NCBI RefSeq assembly: GCF_036365525.1
Contig: NW_027141363.1
Location: 1,302,001-1,366,000 of the forward strand
Source: Heterodontus francisci
Taxonomy: Eukaryota
DNA length: 64,000 nucleotides
Direction of reading: 5' to 3'
Part shown: one piece after another, positions 1 to 8,742 of the stretch
Layout of the letters: every line of letters begins with the position of its first letter
Position numbering within the stretch: position 1 is the first letter of the stretch
The notes under the pieces: model-generated
What the model saw: the letters and a program-made list of their open reading frames with translations, nothing else
Databases searched by the model: none
What the model was told of the DNA's origin: nothing
Position numbers and translations under genes: made by a program

Positions 1-204
1 CTCACTGGAACACCTGCCTCCTGACGGCGGTTTGAGCATCTGTTCAAAACAGTTAACCCACTTCTTCATGACACTGTCGCTTTTCAAAGTATCTAAGATT
101 TCACCCCAATGTAAAACATAACCCTTGAATTGTCGTTTAGCACAGGGGAAATAACTTTTGATCTGCCGAATACAAACAAGCAACTTAATGTGCCTTATAT
201 ATTT

Positions 205-271
205 ATAGAATCCTACAGCAGAGCCGAGGCCATTCAGCCCATCGAGCCTGGCCCGGCTGTTCGAAAGAGCT
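205..271 (-). mobile_element. 3' tail fragment of a CR1/HER1-type LINE or HE1-type SINE
   Basis: ATAGAATCCTACAGC...GAGGCCATTCAGCCCATCGAGCCTG is the reverse complement of the typical elasmobranch LINE/SINE 3' end (compare 5565-5600 on +). Family assignment recalled, not searched. Confidence 0.45.
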
Positions 272-493
272 ACCCTTCAACACCAATCAGACACAAGCAA
301 CGGGAGCCAGATACAGACGGGAAGCAGTTCCTTATTCAAGCTCCTTTCGGCCAGGGGGTGTTATTATTCTGTCATACCCAGAAGTGAGGTGTCAGAAGGA
401 AACCCTGTTTCCAGTGCTGTCATTTCCGCTCTCTGCTTTATCTTCAGCCGCCTGATATTGGTTCATGAACAGATTCAGCCTTCAGTCTGCAGG

Positions 494-539
494 ATGCAGT
501 TAGTCAAACTCTTCCTAATCGTCTGCTCTCTTCTTCCAT
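494..539 (+). CDS. TRBV: TCR V segment 1, leader exon (MQLVKLFLIVCSLLP + phase-1 nucleotide)
   Basis: ATG at 494, hydrophobic signal peptide, donor GTAGGT at 540. The phase-1 junction is in frame with the V exon at 1009 (T+GC = Cys). Confidence 0.85.
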
Positions 540-1008
540 GTAGGTATTCATTGTTCATAAAGATACCTGTGCTAAAATACTTGCTGTGTTTTCATTCACT
601 GCTAACTTCTATCAAACTAGATTGATAAAACATCATTGCAGTCGATTTTCTGTCATTTCTTAAACTACATACTTTACTTTCACTGTAAATAATATTTACT
701 TAATGAAATTGTTGACTGAATGAAAGTTACTTATATATTCGTGACGCTACTACAGCTATCTTTAACCGATAAGTTTGCCCTAATTCTGGGTTAATTTGTC
801 TCTCTCATGTCACTTGCTACATTATTTTTCAGTCACTATATCTATCTGTTTATTATCTATATATCTACCAATATATCATTTAACTATATATTGTCTGCCT
901 ATATAGTTATCTAGTATTATCTAATTATCTATTTTGATAGTTATAGTTGGTTATCATATGTCACAATATGTTCTAAACTTTTTTAAACTATTCTCCTTAT
1001 TTCTCAAG

Positions 1009-1310
1009 GCAAAACTCTAGCAGAGGTGATACACCAGTGGCCAACTCTGGTGGCAGTGAAGAGAGGCGAAGCAGCAGAATTAAACTGTTACCAGAATGAC
1101 AGTAGTAAGAGCGTTATGCTGTGGTATCGGCAGTATGCCGGGCAGGGGCTCACCCTAATGGGCTATTCTTACACTGGAAGCTCACCCACGTACGAAGGAA
1201 AATTTGAAGAGGAGGTGAAGATTATAAGGCCCGAGGACAAACGATGCAGCCTGAGGGTCCTCAAGGTTAAGGCTGTGGATGCGGCGGTGTATTACTGTGC
1301 AGCCAGGGAG
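1009..1310 (+). CDS. TRBV: TCR V segment 1, V exon, likely TCR-beta (CKTLAEVIHQWP...LNC...WYRQ...DAAVYYCAARE)
   Basis: Polypyrimidine tract and AG at 1007-1008; open frame with Ig V-set hallmarks (1st Cys, WYRQ, YEGKF, DxAVYYC); directly followed by a 23-RSS. Beta-chain call is inferred from the FR motifs and the CACAGCG heptamer. Confidence 0.9.
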
Positions 1311-1349
1311 CACAGCGCTGCAGACTGCCTTAGTGCCAGTACAAAAACC
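1311..1349 (+). promoter_or_regulatory. Recombination signal sequence, 23-bp spacer
   Basis: Heptamer CACAGCG 1311-1317, spacer 1318-1340 (23 nt), consensus nonamer ACAAAAACC 1341-1349. Confidence 0.97.
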
Positions 1350-1533
1350 AACAGGGTGAACAACACAACTGACTGACATACAGGAGCAGTGACAATGGTT
1401 TATGTCTCTCCCTGCCTCACCGGCCGTTTTCCAAGCTGGTGATTCCCGGATTCCTGAACCTTCATCATGGGCTGAATGACAGGGAATAGCACAAGGTCCG
1501 AGGAACAGAGAGAGAAGGAAAGAGAGAGATGTG

Positions 1534-1690
1534 TCTCAGATCCCCTGCAAAATTTCAAAGTCCTCGTCTACACCGTTTAATTTCTGGCACTGAGTATGTT
1601 AAAACTGAGTCACAGTCTCTGTCCTATACTTGATTAATTAAAAGGTTAATTAATGATGTAAATAAGACAGATAGTTTACATCACCATTGT
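1534..1690 (+). pseudogene. Degenerate V leader exon and intron start, paralogous to the V segment 2 leader
   Basis: Co-linear with 2890-3090: TCTCAGATCC, TCGTCT, TTCTGGCACTGA/GTATGTTAAAA versus TTCTGGCGCTGA/GTAGGTTAAAA, ATTAATGAT, AATAAGACAG. The ATG is lost, a LINE follows at ~1711, and no V exon is seen. Confidence 0.65.
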
Positions 1691-1710
1691 GAAGCGATGG
1701 ATAGAGTATC

Positions 1711-2236
1711 AATCATCTACAAGGTACAAGTCAGGAGTGTGATGGAATACTCTCCATTTGCCTGGATGATGCAGCTCCAACAACACTCAGGAAGCTCAAC
1801 ACGATCCAGGACATAGCAGCCCGGTTGTTCAGTACCCCACCTACCACCTTCAACACTCACTCCCTTCACCACAGTGGCAGCAGTGTATACCATCTACAAG
1901 ATGCACTGCAGCAAAGCATCGAGTGTCCTTAGACAGCACCTTCCAAGCCCACCAACTCTACCACCAGAAGGACAAGGGCAGTAGACTCATGGGAACACCA
2001 CCACCTGCAAGTTCCCCTCCAAGCAACACACCATCCTGACTTGGAACTATATTGCCGTTTCTTCACTGTCACTGGGTCAAAATCCTGGGACTCCCTTCCT
2101 AACAGCACTGTGGGTGTACCTCCCCCACATGGACTGCAGTGGTTCAAAAAGGCAGCTCATCACCACCTTCTCAAGGGCAAATAATTGCTGGTCTTGCAAA
2201 AGAAATTCACGTCCCATGAACGAATAAGAAAAAGAA
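1711..2236 (+). mobile_element. 5'-truncated non-LTR retrotransposon (CR1/L2-like), ORF2 C-terminus and 3' end
   Basis: Degenerate translation IYKVQVRSVMEYSP.AW...LNTIQD.AARL...SWDSLPNSTVG...FKKAAHHHLLKG is typical of a post-RT C-terminus; A-rich end at ~2225-2236. Confidence 0.75.
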
Positions 2237-2237
2237 A

Positions 2238-2298
2238 TTATTTCAGCTCTTCCACGACTTCAAGACGCCCCAAGACAGTTAACAGCCAATTAAGAACT
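2238..2298 (-). mobile_element. DeuSINE (AmnSINE1/SacSINE1-like) 3' tail remnant
   Basis: CACGACTTCAAGACGCCCCAAGACAGTTAACAGCCAATTAAGAACT resembles the reverse complement of the recalled DeuSINE tail (AGTACTTCATTGGCTGTAAAGCGCTTTGGGACGTCCTGAGGTCGTG). Confidence 0.45.
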
Positions 2299-2538
2299 GG
2301 ACAATGATGGTCAGATCCTCTGCTATCTCTTCTCTTGCTTTGATTTTTTTTTATTCATTCTGGGGACCAGGGTCCCTCTGAGAAGGCCAGCAGTTATTCA
2401 ACATCGCTAATTGCCCTGGAGAAGGTGTCTGCTGCCTTGTAGATAACTGAAGGGCTTGCTGGGTCATTTCGGAGAGCAGTGTACTTAAAATACGGAATTC
2501 AATTGGTGTACAGCACCATTCCATAGGCAGCATAGACA

Positions 2539-2667
2539 NNNNNNNNNNNNNNNNNNNNNNNNNNNNNNNNNNNNNNNNNNNNNNNNNNNNNNNNNNNNNN
2601 NNNNNNNNNNNNNNNNNNNNNNNNNNNNNNNNNNNNNNNNNNNNNNNNNNNNNNNNNNNNNNNNNNN
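2539..2667. other. Assembly gap (129 N)
   Basis: Run of N. Confidence 1.
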
Positions 2668-2779
2668 GCTTCGGTGTGAACACGAGCTCAGAAAGTGGCG
2701 AGGGGGAGACAAGGGGAGAGAAGAAAGAAGGAAAAGGTAGCAGAAGGAAGCAAGCAAAAGAATGGGGGAACAACTTAAA

Positions 2780-2830
2780 GGTAGGGGCGGGGATCATTGC
2801 CTTGAGATAACTTCCTCTTATGATGATCCG
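2780..2830 (+). promoter_or_regulatory. Putative V segment 2 promoter elements (GC box, ETS site)
   Basis: GGGGCGGGG at ~2784-2792 and ACTTCCTC at ~2810-2817, about 90-125 bp upstream of the leader ATG. Confidence 0.35.
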
Positions 2831-2908
2831 ATCTGCCTACACCTCATCTCTCTCCCTCCCTTAAAACCCAGAGTAACCAGCAGAAAGTCTCTCAGATCCA
2901 CCGCAAAC

Positions 2909-2954
2909 ATGCCTTTCAGTTTCATCGTCTTTGTTATTTCCCTTCTGGCGCTGA
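2909..2954 (+). CDS. TRBV: TCR V segment 2, leader exon (MPFSFIVFVISLLAL + phase-1 nucleotide)
   Basis: ATG at 2909, hydrophobic signal peptide, donor GTAGGT at 2955; same 46-nt length as the V1 leader; in frame with the exon at 3333 (A+GT = Ser). Confidence 0.85.
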
Positions 2955-3332
2955 GTAGGTTAAAATTCTGTCCCAATCACTCTTCTACATTTGATCAACT
3001 GAAAGGGATGATTAATGATCTTAATAAAACTGAGCGGCGGTGACTTGTGAAATCAGTAATCGATTATTTAATATAAGACAGTGAACTCATTCATCTGTCC
3101 CCTAGTTTGGGAAGACAAGTGTTATTAATATGATGTTAACTCTTTAATGTTTGCACCACTTGCAAGCTTTTGGATTGCACAATTCTATTTTACAGTTGTA
3201 AAAATCCAGGTTCTTGTAGGAAATTAGGACACAGACCGAATTTCCGTCGTTAATTCGGTGCAACACCGACGCCCATCGTCTCAATTGTAACTCCATCGAT
3301 ACTAGTTCATTCCCTCTAATTTCTCTTTCTAG

Positions 3333-3641
3333 GTGTTTGCCGGGGTGATGTGATACATCAATGGCCTCAGTCACTGGCTGTTAAACAACCAGGACCCGTG
3401 GAAATGAACTGTCTGCAGAAAGGAAAGATTCGCGATAACATGTACTGGTATCGTCAGTCCCCCGGCGGAGGATTCCTGTTAATCGGGTTTAACTTTCTAA
3501 GCAATGAACCTCAGTATGAAGAGGGTTTTAAGAGCGGGTTTGTTATTACCAGGACTCTGGACAATAAGAAATCCACTCTGACGATCGAGAGTGTGAACGC
3601 CACGGACGAGGCGGTGTATTTCTGTGCAGCTGGTGATGGGA
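3333..3641 (+). CDS. TRBV: TCR V segment 2, V exon, likely TCR-beta (SVCRGDVIHQWP...MNC...MYWYRQ...YEEGFKSGF...DEAVYFCAAGDG)
   Basis: Acceptor TTTCTCTTTCTAG ending at 3332; open V-set frame; MYWYRQ and YEEGFKSGF.I.R motifs are characteristic of V-beta; followed by a 23-RSS. Confidence 0.9.
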
Positions 3642-3680
3642 CACAGCGGTTCAGAGTCATTGGCCACCTTGACAAAAACC
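3642..3680 (+). promoter_or_regulatory. Recombination signal sequence, 23-bp spacer
   Basis: CACAGCG 3642-3648, 23-nt spacer 3649-3671, ACAAAAACC 3672-3680. Confidence 0.97.
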
Positions 3681-3959
3681 CTCACACGTCTCCCTTCAAA
3701 CGGGTGCATTTAACCCAGCATTCGGTGAAGAGCAGCCCTGGCTGATCGGATGCGGATCTGCACCTGTTCAGTGCCCGTTCGAGTGGCAGAACGCCCATGT
3801 TCTAACTCCCCACAACCTCCAGACAGACAACACACACTGTCTGTGCCCACACCTGTATAATGGTTCATCGAACAGCTCTTCAACCCGTACCTCGGTTACA
3901 CCACACCTGGAGCTCTGTGCACAATTCTCAGCTCTATGTACTTTGTTTAGACGACACCT

Positions 3960-4250
3960 GAAGTGCTGAGGACAATGCTGAGGGTGACCTGATAGAGGTG
4001 TTCAAGATTATGAAGGAATATGATAGGGTAGAGGAAGAGAAAATGCCTGCACTTGTAGGGAAGGTCATGAATACATCATACTCACTAATAACTCCAAGAA
4101 ATGAATTTACACAGAGTGGTGAGAATGTGGAATTCACTAGCACACAGAAATAAATGATGTGTATCACCAGATATATGTAAATGGATGCTGGATAAAAACA
4201 TTAGGCAGCAGGAAATAGCACCTCATACTGATAGGGCTGGATGAAGACAT
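3960..4250 (+). mobile_element. CR1-type LINE 3' fragment
   Basis: CTGAGGGTGACCTGATAGAGGTGTTCAAGATTATGAAGG..TATGATAGGGTAGA corresponds to the CR1 ORF2 LRGDLIEVFKIM motif; degenerate. Confidence 0.7.
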
Positions 4251-4309
4251 TGTTTATGTTCTTTCATCAGATGTGGGAATAAAATGTGAGAATAAACTAA
4301 CCAGCAATA

Positions 4310-5035
4310 TAAACACAGATGGTAGGAGCTTTTACATAACAAGCAAGAGAGTAGCTAAAGTTGACGTTGGTTCCTTCCAGGTAAAGACAGGAGAAATCAC
4401 CATGGGGAATGGGGAAATGGCAGGGGAATTGAACTAATATTTTGTGCCTGTCTTCACAGTTGAAGACACAAGTTCCATCCCAGAAATAGGCAGTAATCTG
4501 GGGCCTAAAAAGAGTGAGGAAATTAAGGATATTCATATCAATTGAGAAAAAGTTTTGGAGAAACTTGGGGGATTAAAATCTGACAAGTCCCCTGGAACAG
4601 ATGGATTATATACCAGAGTTCTAAAAGAGATAGCTGCAGAGAGAGTGGGGGCGCTGGTTATGATTTTACAGAATTCCTTAGATTCAGGAATGGTCCCATC
4701 GGATTGAAAGCTGACAAATGTTACACGGCTTTTCAAGAAAAGAGGCAGTGAGAAATCTCAGGATAAGGGATCAATCATTCCGGACTGAGATGAGGAGAAA
4801 TGACTTCACTCAAAGGGTTGTGAAACTTTGGATTTCTCTATCCCAGAGTGTTGTGGATGCTCCTTCACTGAATACATTTAAGGCTGGAATTTTTGATCCC
4901 TCAGGAAATCAAGGGATATGGGGAGTAGGCAAGAAAGTGGAATTGAAGCCCAAGATCAGCCGTGATGGTATTGAATGACGGAGCAGGCTCGATGGGATAT
5001 ATGGTCTACATCTACTCCAATTTCTTGTGTTCTGT
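4310..5035 (+). mobile_element. Internally deleted CR1/HER1-type LINE (pre-RT region joined to the 3' end)
   Basis: KSDKSPGTDGLYTRVLKE...IFQNSLDSGMVP.DW-like motifs up to ~4745, then a jump to the 3' end (RTEMRRN.FTQRVV.LW, 3' UTR). Confidence 0.75.
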
Positions 5036-5039
5036 GGGT

Positions 5040-5260
5040 CTCAAGTCATATGTCGGCCAGACCAGGTAAGGATGGCGGATTTCCTTCCCTAAAAGACATG
5101 AGTGCGCCAGCTGGGTGTCAGGGCACCTTAACAGAGACGAGCTTTCAATTGCAGATTTTCTGATGAAATAATTGTATTGATTCATTAATTAAATTTAAAT
5201 TCCACCATCTGACCTGGTAAGATACTAACGCATGTCCCCTGGAGATTCACCCCGGCCTAT
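5040..5260 (-). mobile_element. Old elasmobranch SINE/LINE-tail fragment adjacent to the HE1 insertion
   Basis: GGCCAGACCAGGTAAGGATGGCGGATTTCCTTCCCTAAA resembles a common shark interspersed repeat (recalled); related pieces occur at ~2365-2530 and ~6085-6195. Confidence 0.4.
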
Positions 5261-5631
5261 GGGCGGCACAGTGGCGCAGTGGTTAGCACTGCAGCCTCAC
5301 AGCTCCAGGGACGCGGGTTCGATTCTGGGCACTGCCTGTGTGGAGTTTGCAAGTTCTCCCTGTGTCTGCGTGGGTTTTCTCCGGGTGCTCCGGTTTCCTC
5401 CCACAAGCCAAAAGACTTGCAGGTTGGTAGGTAATTTGGCCATTATAAATTGTCACTAGTATAGGTAGGTGGTAGGGAAATATAGGGACAGATGGGGATG
5501 TTTGGTTGGAATATGGGATTAGTGTAGGATTAGTATAAATGGGTGGTTGATGGTCGGCACAGACTCGGTGGGCCGAAGGGCCTGTTTCAGTGCTGTATCT
5601 CTAATCTAATCTAATCTAATCTAATCTAATT
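5261..5631 (+). mobile_element. Full-length tRNA-derived V-SINE (HE1-like)
   Basis: A box TGGCGCAGTGG (5272-5282), B box GGTTCGATTC (5316-5325), V-domain core (GTGTGGAGTTTGC..TTCTCCC..GGGTGCTCCGGTTTCCTCCCAC), LINE-like tail GGGCCGAAGGGCCTGTTT and (CTAAT)n end. Confidence 0.9.
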
Positions 5632-6189
5632 CGATGTCACCAGCGTCAGCAGCCGAAACAATGGATAAAAAATGGGAAGATGGAGCAATTTCAAAGCATG
5701 TCTTCAAAATGCCTATTTTATCAATTGCACGTTGCAAATATCAGGTGCCTGTAGTTACACATTACAGCCACGAGATGGGGATGGAGCTCCACCACAGCCT
5801 GAGTCCCACTCGCTTCTGTGAAGACTGAGCGAGCAAAGCAGCAGTGACTTGACCAATCCACCTAATCGTCAATTCCACTAACTCTGAAACAGATTCAAAT
5901 CATAACCATTCCACACAAAATAGACAATTGGATTTCCCCAAGTCTGCTCGTTCATAGTGACTGGTTTGAGCAACACTTGTGATATACTGAAACAGATGAT
6001 CTGAAGGAAGTAAAGAGGGGAAGCAAAGTGAGAAAACAGTGAAAGAAAAATGGATAAGGTGGCATTTTATATAAAAAATCATATTCAGGGATGCGCACAT
6101 CACTGACAAGGTCAGCATTCATTACCTTTGCCGAATTGCTCTTAACTGAATGACTTGCTCGCCCATTTCAGAGGCAGTTAACAGTGAAC

Positions 6190-6712
6190 TACATTGCTAT
6201 CAGGTGATACATTTTGGCAGAATGGAGACAGAGAGGAAATACAGACTTAATGACACAGGCCTAAAGAGTGTTCAAGGACAGAGGGACCTGGGGGTTAATG
6301 TGCATAGATCTTTGAAGGTGGCAGGACATATGGAGAGAGAGGTTCACAAAGCTTATGGGATCTCGAGATTTATAATTAGAGGTAAAAGTACAAAAGCAGG
6401 GAGATTGAGCTCAACATTTATAAGGCTCTTGTTAGGCCCCAACTTGTGTATTGAGTCCAGTTCTGGTCACCACACTTGAGGAAGGATGTAGGGTCCTTGA
6501 GAGGGTGCAGAGGAGATTTACTGGAATGGTTCCAGGGATGAGAGATTTTAGCGACATGGTTAGGTTGTTGAAGCTGTGGTTTGTTCTCCTTGGAGCAAAG
6601 GAAATTGAGGGCAGATTTGGTAGAAGTGTACAAAATGAAGAGAGGTTTAGGTAAAGTAGACAAAAGAAAAGCTGTTCCCATGAGCTGATGGTACAAGGAC
6701 GAGGGGACACTG
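6190..6712 (+). mobile_element. CR1 LINE ORF2 3' fragment containing the left edge of the macrosatellite
   Basis: QVIHFGR...QRDLGV.VH.SLKV, LY..LVRP.LEY..QFWSP, LERVQRRFT.M.PG motifs; corresponding fragments at ~25975-26335 and ~46240-46600. Confidence 0.8.
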
Positions 6713-6897
6713 GTTCTTGTGCCCATGATCTCAAATCTGTGCCCCTCTGGTTACCGACCCACCTGTCACTGCAAACAGTGTCTCATTACTTACTCTATCA
6801 AAACCCCTCATGGTTCTGAACACCTCTATTGAATCTCCTCTTCACCTTCTCTGGAAAGAGGAAGACAGTCCTAACTCTTCCAAACTCTCCGAATAAT
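6713..6897 (-). mobile_element. Inverted CR1 fragment, tail-to-tail with the preceding one (also at 26336-26520 and 46601-46785)
   Basis: Reverse complement reads GAGAAGGTGAAGAGGAGATTCAATAGAGGTGTTCAGAACCATGAGGGGTTTTGATAGAGTA, the RRLRGDLIEVFK.M region of CR1. Confidence 0.7.
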
Positions 6898-7600
6898 CTA
6901 CACCTCCACACATTGCACCCTTCAGGAGATTCCCGAACCTCTGGAATTGTTTGCACATTGCAAGTCATTGCTGTACATTCAATATTCTTCACAACTAAGG
7001 AGGAACAATGTGCTTTGCATTGAGAAACAAGAGGTTCTATTGGACGGTCATGCAGTGAAAGTATCTCCACACTGCAACACCAGAGAAGGCGCAGAGGGGA
7101 GGAGAGAGAGGGCTACAGAGTGTGACAAGGGGGCTGAGATAGGAGGCTTCAAATTCCCACATCATGCTGTGTACTGTTTACCTCCATCTACTGTTTCTGC
7201 TGCTCCCAGGTTACTGCTCCTACTTGGAGGGAAATTCAGGCCCCAGTTAATCAGCTTTGAGACACAATTCCTGCTGATATCGAAGGGCTCCAATCAGTTA
7301 GAGATTTACTGGTTTGGTTTTGCTGTTGAGGACAAGTGTCGCTATTTAGCGCCACTGCAGTTATGCCCAGCGATTCTGGGAATCAGCACATGACCCCTGT
7401 GCTGGGGTATCATGCGGCTGATCGGCTGTGGTGTGCATCGTGAGCTTTACCATTAAATCTGTTTTCTGACTTTTCTTCCCCTCTTTACTTCCTTCAGATC
7501 ATCTGTTTTAGTATATCACAAGTGTTGCTCAAACCAGTCACTATGAACGAACAGACTTGGGGAAATCCAGTTGTCTATTTTGTGTGGAATGGTTATGATT

Positions 7601-7937
7601 TGAAAGTGGGAAATAATGTCCAGAGACGAAGTTTGAAAGGGGAAATCATTAACCAAAAAACACAAAAGAAGATCCGAGTGGGAAATCATTAACCAGAAAG
7701 TGGAAAAGTATGTCCAGAGACTAAGTCCGAAAGGGCAAATGGTTAACCAGAAAATCCGTCCAATAATGTCCAGAGACCTCAGTGTGAAAGGGGAAATAAT
7801 GAAGCAAATCAACCTTCCCCGGGCTGCCTATTAAAAGCGGCAAAACTCATTGGAAAGAACCGCAGTCAGAAGTTGAAGTGACAACTCATTAACCAAAAAA
7901 AAAAAGAAGAGTTGGAAGTGGGAAATCATTAACCAAA
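7601..7937 (+). repeat. Irregular GGAAATCATTAACC-core tandem repeat, short version (unit 1)
   Basis: Recurrent GTGGGAAATCATTAACCA(G/A)AAA blocks; about 640 bp shorter than in units 2 and 3. Confidence 0.85.
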
Positions 7938-8035
7938 ATGCAAATGCAGAAACTGGTTAATGATTTGTCCACATTTTACAATTGGTTTATGAGTTGTCAC
8001 TACAACTTTTCACTGCGGTTGGTTACAATGAGTCT

Positions 8036-8600
8036 TGCCGGGCTTAATAGTCGGCGTTCGGGGCGTTTTTGCCGAGGAGGCCGTGTTTCCATGCACCTTT
8101 CCCGGCATGTTTTTGCAAGGTTGGGTCGGTGGTTCATTGATGGGTGTCCGGGTGTCCGGCCAGGGTCTGAGAGCCCATCCTGGGGAGGGTTGAGGCGGGG
8201 GAGAGGGAGAAGGAGAAGGAGAGCCTCCCCTCTTCCTCGGTACCTGTGTCTATGTGAGGACAGGGGCATCCGCCGCTGCTCGATCCAGGCCGGTCGGACG
8301 ATCGGGATCCGCCCGGGGAGGGACTTTCAAATCTATCGGGTCGGACCACCAAATCCTGCGGGGATTCGGGATCCAATTCGCGGGTACGATCGGCACCTCG
8401 TCCCGCTGTCCGGTTCCCCCATTGACTACAATGGGTTTCATGGAAGCCTGAGCTCAGACTCGGTTTTCTCCGCTATCTCGGACCTTCGGGATCCGCCCGG
8501 GAGGGACTTTGAAATCTATCGGGTCGGACCACCAAATCCTGCGGGGATTCGGGATCCAATTCGCGGGTACGATCGGCACCTCGTCCCGCTGACTACAACG
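8036..8600. promoter_or_regulatory. CpG island with ~106-bp direct repeat (8302-8408 and 8486-8591); copies at 28302-28866 and 48567-49131
   Basis: High GC and dense CpG in otherwise CpG-poor DNA; two near-identical blocks starting TCGGGATCCGCCCGG; palindrome CCCATTG-acta-CAATGGG between them. Confidence 0.7.
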
Positions 8601-8742
8601 GGAGTTAATATTTGTGTTTGAAATGATGGGTGAATCTGATAACAATTCTCTCTCCCCAGAAATGAAGTAAGATTGAGGGACTGGAGTAAAGGTCAGTAAT
8701 AGTGCAATGTATTTTCCATGACTTAGTGACAAACTCTGTGAT

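Noticed and set aside
382-394. V-beta promoter CRE-like decamer (AAGTGAGGTGTCA) ~100 bp upstream of the V1 ATG
   Set aside because: Position is plausible, but it needs a 2-nt insertion relative to AGTGAYRTCA; too weak to call.
5261-5335. tRNA gene
   Set aside because: It is the tRNA-derived head of a V-SINE, continuing into the SINE core and LINE-like tail.
7938-8621. 227-aa Arg/Gly-rich ORF over the CpG island
   Set aside because: Truncated to 170 aa in units 2 and 3 by a 1-bp indel; expected by chance in GC-rich DNA; no recognisable domain.
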